Both the position numbers and the translations under genes were made by a program. DNA of 64,000 nucleotides. Origin: Phycisphaerae bacterium (GTDB lineage: Bacteria > Planctomycetota > Phycisphaerae > UBA1845 > Fen-1342). The first letter of the stretch is position 1; each line of letters begins with the position of its first letter. This document shows, piece after piece, positions 9,118 through 18,208 of this stretch. The notes beneath the pieces were generated by a model. It worked only from the letters and a program-made list of their open reading frames with translations. It was not told the DNA's origin and made no database searches. The stretch covers positions 362,262 through 426,261 of the forward strand of contig JANRJD010000032.1 of the NCBI GenBank assembly GCA_033764195.1, written 5' to 3'.

Positions 9118-9163
9118 GTTTGCCGGGAAGCCCCCTGTACGGCGCTGGCTCCATGCGCGACCG

Positions 9164-9181
9164 CGCAGGCTGAAGCCTGCG
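9164..9181. terminator. GC-rich hairpin CGCAGGCT-GA-AGCCTGCG downstream of the Uma2 gene (REP-like family member)
   Basis: 8-bp stem with a 2-nt loop. Related copies lie at 55531-55548 and 45967-45987. Confidence 0.35.
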
Positions 9182-9245
9182 GCTCGTCACTAGAGAACGG
9201 CCAAGGCAGGGCGCGGAGTACCGCGACCTGTCCTACCCAATCGAA

Positions 9246-9815
9246 TCACTCGTCCGGCGGAAGCTCGGTCAGCCAGAGTGCGGCGGCGGAGAAGCGTAGG
9301 CCGGGGAAGGCGGGTGGGGAGATTTCGGCGTTGGCGGCGAAGCGGCCGGTGGGGGTGAAGACGCCGGCTCGATTTTCGAACAGCTCGAAGGTCTGGGCGA
9401 TCGGGTCGACCAGCCAGTAGTGGGCGACGCCCGCGGCGGCGTATTGACGGGTCTTCACGCCGCGATCGGTGGCCTCGGTCGATTCGCTGAGCACTTCGAT
9501 GACGAGTTTCGGGGCGCCGATGATGCGGCGGCGTTTGAGAATGTGCTTCTGTTCGGTCGCGATGAAAACGATGTCCGGAGCGCGGACGGTGCGGTCGCCG
9601 AGGCGGATGTCCATCTCGTGGACGACGATGCCGGCGCGGTGGTTCTCGGCCCATTCGGCCAGGATGTTTTCGAGCCGCCGCGCGGTGTACTGATGCGGGA
9701 AGATGTTGTGGGGCGACACGACCAGGTTCCCCTCGTCGAGCTCCAGGCGCACCGTGTCCGGCGTCTGGATCTCCAGGAATTCGTCGGCGGAGACGTGGGT
9801 GCGTTCGATGATCAT
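9246..9815 (-). CDS. Uma2 family endonuclease (DUF820, putative restriction endonuclease-like fold)
   Basis: 189-aa product MIIERTHVSADEFLEIQTPD...VRLELDEGNLVV... with D/E-rich PD-(D/E)xK-like core IVFIATEQKHI...EVLSEST, typical of the Uma2 family. Confidence 0.75.
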   Translation of the reverse strand: MIIERTHVSADEFLEIQTPDTVRLELDEGNLVVSPHNIFPHQYTARRLENILAEWAENHRAGIVVHEMDIRLGDRTVRAPDIVFIATEQKHILKRRRIIGAPKLVIEVLSESTEATDRGVKTRQYAAAGVAHYWLVDPIAQTFELFENRAGVFTPTGRFAANAEISPPAFPGLRFSAAALWLTELPPDE

Positions 9816-10053
9816 TTGGACGTGATTGTAACTGGGGGCCCGGTGTAAGAGGCGGGTGGAACCCGCCCTACGTGCGGACAGATCGGTCCGGAAAAGCCGA
9901 TAATCGTTGCGGAATGAACCCTGCCAATTTGCGGTTGTAAGCGGTTACACTGGCGTCCGTGCGCTGGTTATTGCGGAGCCGGTCGTCGGCGGAGCCGCTG
10001 GGTCGCTCCGCCGCTCTGTGGCTTCGTCGCTTTCCCCCTAGTTGAGGTGCTTC

Positions 10054-12408
10054 ATGCCGCTGTTCGATCGCTTCGTGAGGGGTCTGTCTCGCGGGTTCTG
10101 GAAAAACACAACCACACTCGCGGCGATCGGCATCGGCGCGGGCTGCGTCGCGAGCGCGAGTGCGGCGGACAAGGTGCGGCACGACGGCGATCGCGTCGTT
10201 CGGGTCACCGTCGCCGATGAGGCACAGCTCGAAACGCTGCTGAAGCTCACCGACGACGTCTGGAGCCACCATGTCGACGCCGACAGCTCGATCGACGTGC
10301 GGATGACTCCGGTGCAGTTTGCGAACCTTGAGGTGTCGGGACTGCCGTACACCGTGCTTATTGAGGACCTGCAAGCGCAGCTCGACGAGGAAGATGCGCG
10401 TCTGGCCTCGCGCGGCGTTGAGCAGGGCCTCGCCAATCCGTTCGACGACTATCTGCGGTGGGAACAGGTCAATACCTATCTGAACACGCTGGTCGCGCTG
10501 CGTCCCGACCTCGCGTCGATCGTCGTCGTCGGCACATCGCTGCAAGGCCGGCCGATGACCGCGATCCGCATCAGCAGTCCGGGCACGGGGCCGGGCGGAA
10601 GCGCGAAGCCCGCGATTTTCTATCATGGCGGCATTCACGCGCGCGAGTGGATCACGGTGCCGACGGTGCTCTGGGCCGCCGATCGCCTCGTCCGCGACTA
10701 TGACACCAACGCCGAGATTCGCGCCCTCGTCGACCGCTGTGAGTTTTTCCTGCTGCCGGTGATGAATCCGGACGGCTACATCCATTCGTGGGATGTTGAG
10801 CGGCTCTGGCGGAAAAACCGCCGGCCCAATGGCGACGGCAGCATCGGCGTCGACCTGAACCGCAACTTCGGCTTCGGCTGGGGCGGCGACGGCGCCAGCA
10901 CGATCCCGAGCGACCTGACCTATCGCGGCCCGTCGGCCTTTAGCGAGCCTGAGACGCAGGCCATTCGCAACTTCATCCTGGCCCGGCCCAACATCGTCGC
11001 CTATAACGACGTGCATTCCTATTCGCAGCTTTTGCTCTGGCCCTGGGGATATACCGATGTGCTGCCGCCCGATCAGGCGGAGTTCGATTTCATCGGCACG
11101 CAGATGGTCGATCTGATCCGCGCGCAGAGCGGGCGGAACTACACGCCGGGCCCGATCAACACGACGATCTACCCGGCCTCGGGCGGCTCGATCGACTGGG
11201 CCTATGGCGCCGAAGGCATCATCGCATTCTCGTATGAGCTGCGCGATACGGGCGAGTTCGGCTTTGTGCTGCCGCCGGATCAGATCCTTCCGACTGCTCA
11301 GGAGATCTTCCCGACCTTCCTGCGTCACGCCGAACTGCGGAGCGCGCCGGTGCGGATCACGTTCCCGAACGGTCTGCCGAGCCTCGCGGCGCCGGGCGTG
11401 GCGACGCAGTTCGACGTGCGGATCAGCAATATCGCGGACACGCTGAACGCCGCCTCGCCGCGGCTTTTCGCGCGAAGCGGGCCGGGACTGCCGCTGAACG
11501 AATACACGCTCACTTCGCTCGGCGGCGACCTCTATCGGGCGGAGTTGCCGGGCCGCGGCTGCGGAGCGCCGACGGAGTTCTACGTGACGGCTGCGGGCAA
11601 CACCGGCGCGACCGCCGGCGCCCCGTTGAACGCGCCCAGCGGCTTCTTCACGCTGCCGGTGGGCGAAGAGATCGAGACCTTCCGCGATAATTTTGAAACC
11701 AACCTGGGCTGGACCGTCAGCAACGATCCGTCGCTGACTTCGGGTGCTTGGGTCCGCGGCGATCCGGTCGGCACGACGAGCGGCGGCCCCGCTCAGCCGG
11801 AAGACGACAACCCCGCCGGCACGGGCACCCAGTGCTACGTCACGGGGCAGGGCACGCCCGGCGGCGCGGCCGGGGCGCAGGATGTCGACGGCGGTTCGAC
11901 GCGGCTGATCTCGCCGGTCTTTGATCTGACCGGAATTATGGATGCGCGGCTCAGCTATTACCGCTGGGTCGCCTCGAACGGCACCGACACGCTCAACGTT
12001 GCGGTTTCGGCCAATGGCACGAATTGGGTGACGGTCGAAAGTGTGCCGAACAATCGCGCGTGGAACTTCGTAGAGCTGCGTGTGGCCGACTATCTGCCGG
12101 GCGCGACGAGCGTCCGGGTCCGATTCACGATGACCGACGACGCACCGGCGTCGCTGGCCGAGGCCGCGATCGATGACGTCGTGGTTTCGTCGGTGCAATG
12201 CACGAGTAGTTCGCCGATCGGCGATATGAACTGCGACGGGTTCATCACGGTCGGCGATATCGCCGGTTTCGTCCTGGCGATCACCGATCCGGCGGCCTAC
12301 GCGGTGCAGTATCCGACCTGCAACGCTCTTCTGGCCGACGTGAACAACGACGGTTTTGTGACGGTCGGCGATATCGGCGGATTCGTGGCCCTGTTGACCG
12401 GCGGGTAA
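10054..12408 (+). CDS. Secreted M14 zinc carboxypeptidase with C-terminal double dockerin-like module
   Basis: HAREW (HxxE zinc ligands), NPDGY and DLNRNF motifs of M14 carboxypeptidases. Signal peptide present. The C-terminus reads NCDGFITVGDIAGFV...[15 protein letters not shown]. The 885-aa antisense ORF 9868..12525 is rejected. Confidence 0.85.
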   Translation: MPLFDRFVRGLSRGFWKNTTTLAAIGIGAGCVASASAADKVRHDGDRVVRVTVADEAQLETLLKLTDDVWSHHVDADSSIDVRMTPVQFANLEVSGLPYTVLIEDLQAQLDEEDARLASRGVEQGLANPFDDYLRWEQVNTYLNTLVALRPDLASIVVVGTSLQGRPMTAIRISSPGTGPGGSAKPAIFYHGGIHAREWITVPTVLWAADRLVRDYDTNAEIRALVDRCEFFLLPVMNPDGYIHSWDVERLWRKNRRPNGDGSIGVDLNRNFGFGWGGDGASTIPSDLTYRGPSAFSEPETQAIRNFILARPNIVAYNDVHSYSQLLLWPWGYTDVLPPDQAEFDFIGTQMVDLIRAQSGRNYTPGPINTTIYPASGGSIDWAYGAEGIIAFSYELRDTGEFGFVLPPDQILPTAQEIFPTFLRHAELRSAPVRITFPNGLPSLAAPGVATQFDVRISNIADTLNAASPRLFARSGPGLPLNEYTLTSLGGDLYRAELPGRGCGAPTEFYVTAAGNTGATAGAPLNAPSGFFTLPVGEEIETFRDNFETNLGWTVSNDPSLTSGAWVRGDPVGTTSGGPAQPEDDNPAGTGTQCYVTGQGTPGGAAGAQDVDGGSTRLISPVFDLTGIMDARLSYYRWVASNGTDTLNVAVSANGTNWVTVESVPNNRAWNFVELRVADYLPGATSVRVRFTMTDDAPASLAEAAIDDVVVSSVQCTSSSPIGDMNCDGFITVGDIAGFVLAITDPAAYAVQYPTCNALLADVNNDGFVTVGDIGGFVALLTGG

Positions 12409-12486
12409 GGAGTGGCCGGCGGTCGCGGCTTGCCCGCGCTCGCCGCGCCGAATATCCTCCGGCTGATGCATGAGCAATAGAGCGTT

Positions 12487-12508
12487 CGCCCGCGTGAAGC
12501 CGCGGGCG
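12487..12508. terminator. Hairpin CGCCCGCG-tgaagc-CGCGGGCG downstream of the carboxypeptidase gene
   Basis: 8-bp GC stem, 80 bp after the stop codon. Confidence 0.35.
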
Positions 12509-12567
12509 TCGCTGTTTATCGGCAATCATCGCGGGCGCGGTGCGCCGGCGAATCGGGAGCGAAAACG

Positions 12568-13497
12568 ATGTCGCAAAGCTGGTACAAGAACGAGAATTAC
12601 GACCCGAATCCGGAACTCAAGATCTGGATGGACGGCAAGATCGTCGCCGCTCCCGATGCGAAGGTGAACGTCTTCGATCACGGCCTGCTTTATGGCGACG
12701 GCATTTTCGAAGGCATCCGCATTTATAACGGCAAGATTTTTGAACGAATCGCCCATCTGCGGCGCTTCCTCGATTGCGCTAAGGCGATTCGCCTGCAATT
12801 GCCGCTCGATATGAAGGGCCTGAGCGACGCGCTCGACGCCGCGCTGCAGGCCAACGGCATCGTCGGCCCGGGAAAGACGGGCTACATCCGCCTCGTCGCG
12901 ACGCGCGGCGTCGGCGTGCTGGGCATTTCGCCACTGCGCACCTGGAAGCCGAGCGTCATCGTCATCGCCTCGACCATCTCGATGTATCCCAAGGAGATGT
13001 ACGAGAACGGCATGGCGGTGATCGTCAGCTCCTTCACGCGCAACCACCCGAACGCGACGCCCGCCCGCATCAAGAGCCTGAACTATCTGAACAACATCCT
13101 CGCCAAGCTGGAGGCGCACGACGCCGGCGCGGGTGAGGCGATCATGCTCAACCACATGGGCTATGTGGGCGAGGCGACGGGCGACAACGTTTTCATCGTT
13201 CGCGATCGGCAGATCTGCACGCCGCACGTCGCTTCGGGCATGCTCGAAGGCATCACGCGCGGGACGGTGCTGAAGCTGGCCCGGAACGAGGGGATCGAAG
13301 TCTCGGAGCGCGTGCTGGAGCGCTTCGACCTCTACTCGGCGGACGAGATGTTCCTGACCGGCACCGGCGCCGAGGTCATTCCGGTAACGAAGATCGACAA
13401 TCGCCCGGTCGGCGACGGCAAGGTCGGGCCGATCAGCAAGCGGCTGATTGAGCTGTATCGCAACCATGTGAACGAGGCGCCGGATATTCGGCCGTAA
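12568..13497 (+). CDS. ilvE: Branched-chain amino acid aminotransferase (class IV PLP fold)
   Basis: Typical class IV aminotransferase N-terminus ...WMDGKIV...AKVNVFDHGLLYGDGIFEGIRIYNGKIFE, with conserved HLRRFLDCAKAIRL and EMFLTGTGAEVIPV. Confidence 0.9.
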   Translation: MSQSWYKNENYDPNPELKIWMDGKIVAAPDAKVNVFDHGLLYGDGIFEGIRIYNGKIFERIAHLRRFLDCAKAIRLQLPLDMKGLSDALDAALQANGIVGPGKTGYIRLVATRGVGVLGISPLRTWKPSVIVIASTISMYPKEMYENGMAVIVSSFTRNHPNATPARIKSLNYLNNILAKLEAHDAGAGEAIMLNHMGYVGEATGDNVFIVRDRQICTPHVASGMLEGITRGTVLKLARNEGIEVSERVLERFDLYSADEMFLTGTGAEVIPVTKIDNRPVGDGKVGPISKRLIELYRNHVNEAPDIRP

Positions 13498-13548
13498 ATC
13501 GCGTCGTTCTTTCTCGGTGTTGGTTTTGCGGAGCTTCTCGGGTGGCAT

Positions 13549-13570
13549 GGGTCACGGTACGCCGTGACCC
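13549..13570. terminator. Bidirectional terminator hairpin GGGTCACGG-tacg-CCGTGACCC between convergent ilvE and heme-protein genes
   Basis: 9-bp perfect stem. Confidence 0.4.
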
Positions 13571-13637
13571 GTGTTTCATGCGGCAGAATGGGACAGCGGT
13601 GGCTCCCCATCGTCCGCCAAGTCGCCTTCCAGGCTGC

Positions 13638-14393
13638 TCACGGCGCGACTCGTCTTCCCATCCCCTGCGGCAAGCCAAACAGGCGACCGTGCGGCGCGGA
13701 TCGATGGCATTCCACGCACGATTCGATCAAGCCGACTTCTTGAATCGTCTGACGATCCGCGGCGACGCTCGCATAGACCCAGCCCTCATCGGTGCCTGGG
13801 GTACCCGGCGGACCGACCTGCATCATCATGAATAGGCCTTGAAATTCGCCTGCTCGAAAATACTCACCGTTGATCTGGAGAATGTCGGGTCGGGCTTCCC
13901 GCGCGAGCGGAGGGCAGACGTCGGCTCGGGTCTCAAACACTGAGACTGGCATGTCGGTCTCGGGTGTTGAGTCCGCACACGGAATTGCCGCCCACGATTG
14001 CTTAACGAGAATCTGGTCGTTAGCGATCACAGGCCGTTCTCGATACTCGTCGCTGAAGTCTGTGGCCGATTTGTAGGCCGCGCCGTGCTTCGCATAGAGG
14101 TAATACAGCTTCCGGCCGTGAGTCGAATCATCGCGGCTGGCGCTCTGGTGAATGCCATGGGGCGGCAGATCGCGGCATCCCATCGGCGCCATGTTCGGGT
14201 CGTCCGACACGCGTTCCCACGTCGCGTATTCGGCCATCGCGGCTCGAACGCGATTGGTCCATTCGTCCCTCGGCACGGCGACACGCCGATCGAGCGGCGT
14301 CGGATCGACCCGCGGTCTGGGTATGAACGCCATCGCGCCGATCAGCAGCGCTGCGCCAGAAGCCGCAACGAGCCATGCCTTGGACGAACTCAT
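13638..14393 (-). CDS. Secreted c-type heme protein (C-terminal CVECH heme-binding motif; cytochrome P460 / c-prime-beta-like architecture)
   Basis: Signal peptide present. A single CxxCH lies 25 residues from the C-terminus. It is a paralog of the next gene, with ~50% identity by eye. Confidence 0.55.
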   Translation of the reverse strand: MSSSKAWLVAASGAALLIGAMAFIPRPRVDPTPLDRRVAVPRDEWTNRVRAAMAEYATWERVSDDPNMAPMGCRDLPPHGIHQSASRDDSTHGRKLYYLYAKHGAAYKSATDFSDEYRERPVIANDQILVKQSWAAIPCADSTPETDMPVSVFETRADVCPPLAREARPDILQINGEYFRAGEFQGLFMMMQVGPPGTPGTDEGWVYASVAADRQTIQEVGLIESCVECHRSAPHGRLFGLPQGMGRRVAP

Positions 14394-14490
14394 CTCGATC
14401 CCCAGTGAGCAAGAGTCTGAATGGAGATTTCGGAAATGCGTGAAACACTCCCGATCGCAATACTCATTCTACCCCGGCGTTAGCCCCAAC

Positions 14491-14570
14491 ATGAGAAGCA
14501 CGCTCACCTCGATCAGCCTGTGCGCATTCGCCGCGGATACCCCTCCGGCCGCGGATGCGTCGGCCTTCCC
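14491..14570 (+). pseudogene. Degenerate duplicated 5' fragment (signal-peptide region MRSTLTSISLCAFAA...) of the serine-hydrolase gene found intact at 15349
   Basis: ~110-bp region 14440-14545 is ~90% identical to 15300-15400, including the ATG and signal-peptide codons. The reading frame then diverges and overlaps the antisense heme-protein gene. Confidence 0.4.
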
Positions 14571-15262
14571 TGCGGAAGCCCGAACAAGCGGCCATGCGGC
14601 GCCGCTTCATGACACTTCATGCACGACTCGATTAAACCGAATTCGAGGATGGTCTTTCGATCGGAATCCACGGTTGCGTAGACCCAGCCCTCATCGGTTC
14701 CGGGCGTGGCTGAAGGCAAGACGCGAAGCATCAGGAAGAGGCCGTGAAACTTGCCAGTGCGTAGCCAACCGTCGGCGCTTCTCGTGTACTCCTCCGGTAC
14801 CGGCCGCCACCAACTGTCCGGGCCGGGCGGCGGCGGCGCGCATTTCTCCGCAATCCAGGATTCCTTCACGAGAAACTGATCCGGTGCGTCGATCGGTGGG
14901 TCAAACGCGTACATGCCGAACTTCGTCGCCGTGAAATACGCTTCAGCGTCTTTCGCGAATAGGTAGTAAAGCTTCTCTCCATGCGTCGCGGCGTCGCCGC
15001 TTCGGCTGCTGTGAGCACCAAAGAGGGGAAGGATCATGCAATTAAGCGGAGATCGGTTCGGGTTGTCCGAGACGCGGTCGTAGCGACGGTATTCGTCGAC
15101 CGCACGCAGCGTGCGCGCGCGCCACGCGCGCTGTAGGGCCGCGATTCGGCGATCGGGAAGCGCCTGGTCGAGACTCGGTGCGGGTGTTAACGCCACCGAT
15201 CCAACAAGCAGCGCTGCGCTAATGGTTGCGACAAGCAACAGTTTGGTCGGGTACATCGGCAT
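14513..15262 (-). CDS. Secreted c-type heme protein, tandem paralog (C-terminal CMKCH motif)
   Basis: Same architecture as 13638..14393. The start was moved to MPMYPTKLLLV... because the track's extended N-terminus lies in the duplicated noncoding promoter sequence. Confidence 0.55.
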   Translation of the reverse strand: MPMYPTKLLLVATISAALLVGSVALTPAPSLDQALPDRRIAALQRAWRARTLRAVDEYRRYDRVSDNPNRSPLNCMILPLFGAHSSRSGDAATHGEKLYYLFAKDAEAYFTATKFGMYAFDPPIDAPDQFLVKESWIAEKCAPPPPGPDSWWRPVPEEYTRSADGWLRTGKFHGLFLMLRVLPSATPGTDEGWVYATVDSDRKTILEFGLIESCMKCHEAAPHGRLFGLPQGRPTHPRPEGYPRRMRTG

Positions 15263-15348
15263 CCCCATCATCGTGAGAATAAGATTTTCGGAAATGTTTG
15301 AAACATTCCCGATAGCAATACTCATTCTACCCCGGCGTTAGCCCGATC

Positions 15349-16575
15349 ATGAGAACCACGCTCACCGCGATCAGCCTGTGCGCATTCGCCGCCGTCGCTC
15401 CCGCCGGCCAGCCCGCCGCCTGCGATTATTCGCCCGTCACGGACCCTGTCGCCGCGTATTTGCAGAGCCGCCCGAATGTCGGCGGCGTCGGCCTGCGCGT
15501 CGTGCAGCGCGGCTTTGTGTTGCACGAGCAATATTGGCGGAGCTTCAACGAGAACACATCCATTCCCGTCGCGTCGGCGACCAAGCTGCTGTCGGGCATC
15601 GCGATCATGACGCTCGTGGACGACGGACTGATCGATCTCGACGCACCGGTTTCGACCTATCTGCCGATCGAGTTTCCGGCGGGCACGCTGAAGGGTTCGA
15701 TGACCGTGCGACAGATGTTCTCGCACACGGCGGGCCTGCCCGGCTCGTCGCCGTTCATCTCGGACAACACGATCACGCTCGAAGAAGCAGTACGGCGCAT
15801 CGGCGCGCAGACGCCGCTGATCGCTGCGCCGGGGACGGAATTCAACTATGGCGGCGTCTCGATGCATGTGGCGGGGCGGGTGGCTGAGGTGGTGACCGGG
15901 CAGTCGTGGGTCACGCTTTTCAACGAGCGCGTCGCAACGCCGCTCGCTCTGACGGGCACCGCGTATGACGGGATCGGAGTGCCGACGAACCCGCGCATCG
16001 CGGGTGGCGCACGCAGCAGCGTCGAAGATTTCTCTCATGTGCTGGAGATGCTGGCGAATGGCGGCGTGTATGAGGGAGTGCAGGTGCTATCGGTGCAAGC
16101 GGTGCAGACGATCCTTGCCGACCAGACGAATGGGGCGGCGGTCGGATCTGTGCCCGACGGCGTTGACCTGTATCTCGGCTACGGCATCGGCAATTGGATC
16201 GAGCTGCGCGATGCGACCAGCAACGCCCCGCTCGAATTCACCAGCCCCGGCGCATTTGGAACGACGCCTTGGGTCAATCCCACGCTCGGGCTTTACGGCG
16301 TCTTCCTCGTTCCGGACCAACTGGCGCAGGTCGACGACATCACCGACGACATTCGCAATTTCAGCCGCGTCGTCGCGCAGCCGCTGGTGGGCGATCTGAA
16401 CTACGACGGCTTTGTGACGGTGGGCGATATTCAGGGGTTTGTGCTGGCGCTGACAAATCCGACGGCGTATGCGTTCATCAATCCGGGCTGCAACATCAAT
16501 GCGGCGGATGTGAATGGCGACGGAGTGGTCAGCGTGGGCGATATTGGCGCGTTTGTGGCGGGGCTGACGGACTAG
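15349..16575 (+). CDS. Beta-lactamase-fold serine hydrolase with C-terminal dockerin-like module
   Basis: Signal peptide present. SxxK active-site motif ASATKLL. The C-terminus reads [18 protein letters not shown]...NGDGVVSVGDIGAFV. Confidence 0.8.
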   Translation: MRTTLTAISLCAFAAVAPAGQPAACDYSPVTDPVAAYLQSRPNVGGVGLRVVQRGFVLHEQYWRSFNENTSIPVASATKLLSGIAIMTLVDDGLIDLDAPVSTYLPIEFPAGTLKGSMTVRQMFSHTAGLPGSSPFISDNTITLEEAVRRIGAQTPLIAAPGTEFNYGGVSMHVAGRVAEVVTGQSWVTLFNERVATPLALTGTAYDGIGVPTNPRIAGGARSSVEDFSHVLEMLANGGVYEGVQVLSVQAVQTILADQTNGAAVGSVPDGVDLYLGYGIGNWIELRDATSNAPLEFTSPGAFGTTPWVNPTLGLYGVFLVPDQLAQVDDITDDIRNFSRVVAQPLVGDLNYDGFVTVGDIQGFVLALTNPTAYAFINPGCNINAADVNGDGVVSVGDIGAFVAGLTD

Positions 16576-16615
16576 TTGCGCGTTGCGGGGGCAGAGCCGC
16601 GAGTTACAGAAACCA

Positions 16616-17230
16616 TCAGCCGACGCCGATAGCCCGCAGCTCGCCGCGCATGCGCTCCGCGTCGCGTGCTTCCATGTAGGGCAGATTCGCCTGCGTGTTG
16701 GCGATGGCCGCGGAGAAGGCGGCCTGAGCAAAGGCCAAGCCCGCCTTCACATCGGTGATGAGGTTTGGATTCGCGATCGATTGCAGCGTTTGCAGATCAG
16801 ACCCGACGCGGCGCGCCAGCACCGCGGTCTGAAAGGGCACACCGGCCGCGATCGCCGCGGCCGATTGGATCTTGCCGCCACGCATGGGGTCGGTGCGGTC
16901 GAGCTTGAATGCCGAAGAAAGCCCGGCGTAGGCCTCGGCGTCCTGGTCAATGAGGCGCTGCAGCATCTCGCGCGCCTGGCGGAGGTGTTCGCGAATGATG
17001 CGGACGTCTTCATCGACGGCCGCGAACTTGGGGCGGCCGACGGTGAACGCGGCGACCATCTCCCCCAGGCCGGCGGCTAGCGCCGCGACGAGCGCCGCGC
17101 TGCTTCCGCCGCCAGGCGTCGGCGTCTCGGAGGCGAGCTGCGCGAGATAGCTGCGCAGCGGCGCGTCGATGAACTCTCCGGGCTGATAAGTGCGTTCGCC
17201 GGCCGACATGCGTTGCCCTCTGCCGGGCAT
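16616..17230 (-). CDS. Cyclodeaminase/cyclohydrolase family protein (formiminotetrahydrofolate cyclodeaminase-like, FTCD C-terminal domain)
   Basis: All-alpha sequence with LAQLASETPTPGGGSSAALVAALAAGLGEMV, characteristic of the FtcD cyclodeaminase family. Confidence 0.7.
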   Translation of the reverse strand: MPGRGQRMSAGERTYQPGEFIDAPLRSYLAQLASETPTPGGGSSAALVAALAAGLGEMVAAFTVGRPKFAAVDEDVRIIREHLRQAREMLQRLIDQDAEAYAGLSSAFKLDRTDPMRGGKIQSAAAIAAGVPFQTAVLARRVGSDLQTLQSIANPNLITDVKAGLAFAQAAFSAAIANTQANLPYMEARDAERMRGELRAIGVG

Positions 17231-17407
17231 TTTAACTCAAAGGCGGGTCGGATTGAATCGGGCGCGCGGCGATGACGCGCGGGTGTCCGTCGGCGTTGAG
17301 ACGCACCAGAGGAATGAGATGTGTCAGGGCAAGACCCGCTCACGAGCCCTACCCTGACACATGAAGCCTGTAGCCCGTTGCGGGGCTACGGCGTGGATCG
17401 TCGCGCT

Positions 17408-17842
17408 CTAGACGCCGACGAGCTCTTCCTGCGGCGCTTCCATCTGTTCGCCGGCGAGCAGGCCGACGAAGTTGTCGAGCGCGGTTTCGAACTGCTGCTG
17501 GGCCCACGTCGGGTTGAGGTCCTTGTTGCGGGCGATGGCCTTGGTGAGCAGCGGCTGCTGGCCCGGGACGAAGCACTCGGCCCGAATCTCAAACTCGCCG
17601 ATCCCCGCCGAGCGGAAGAGCACCAGCAGATAGGCGTTCTCGGCCAGCTCAAACTTGAAGGAGCGACGGCCCTCTTCGCGCAGCGGCTTGGAGACGCGGA
17701 AACCATTTTCGGCGAGGAAGCCGCGCATCTCGTCGAAAGCGGGGCCGACGGCCTTTTCGACCGACTCCTCGAACTCGCGGACCCAGTTGGTCTGGGCCTG
17801 GTTCAGGCGATCCAGAAATGATTTCTTCCAGTTGCCGTCCAT
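17408..17842 (-). CDS. Hypothetical protein
   Basis: The composition is balanced and rich in K, N, W and F. The overlapping plus-strand ORF is R/L/G/A-rich junk, so the minus frame is preferred. No recognisable motif. Confidence 0.4.
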   Translation of the reverse strand: MDGNWKKSFLDRLNQAQTNWVREFEESVEKAVGPAFDEMRGFLAENGFRVSKPLREEGRRSFKFELAENAYLLVLFRSAGIGEFEIRAECFVPGQQPLLTKAIARNKDLNPTWAQQQFETALDNFVGLLAGEQMEAPQEELVGV

Positions 17843-18208
17843 CGGTGTGACCTCGCGGTGAAATCGGTGTCGTGTCGCGCCCGTCGACGGCGTACCGTTC
17901 GCCGCGGGGTCTGCGAGCTGTTACCCAGATTGCCAAGAGAAGCCTACGAATCGCGCGAGGGCGCGGCCAATTTCGGTGCGAATCGCGGCGAAATCCGCAG
18001 GGCGGTCCTAGAATGCATGTCCGCTGGCCGAGCCAGCATGAAACCGAAAAACCGTGCTGCTTTGCGTGAACTGGTGCAAGAGTGAAACAGGGAACCCACG
18101 GAACCGCGGCCGCCGCGTGCGACTTCGCGTTTCTGGGGTTCACGGTTTGACGGATGCACTGTCTCGCCGGCCATTCTTGCCGCTGGAAATTTCGATCGGA
18201 GCGTCCGC

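Noticed and set aside
9868-12525. 885-aa minus-strand ORF, the longest in the track for this region
   Set aside because: It is entirely antisense to the M14 carboxypeptidase gene, which has clear catalytic motifs and a signal peptide. The product is Arg/Ala/Gly/Asp-rich low-complexity sequence typical of spurious high-GC antisense ORFs.
17843-18208. Possible cobalamin riboswitch upstream of the PduO-type adenosyltransferase
   Set aside because: The region has a GGTGC...CAGGGAAC segment vaguely like the riboswitch 5' half, but no B12 box (GCCAGG...CCTGCC-type pairing) could be found. This is judged not supported without a covariance-model search.
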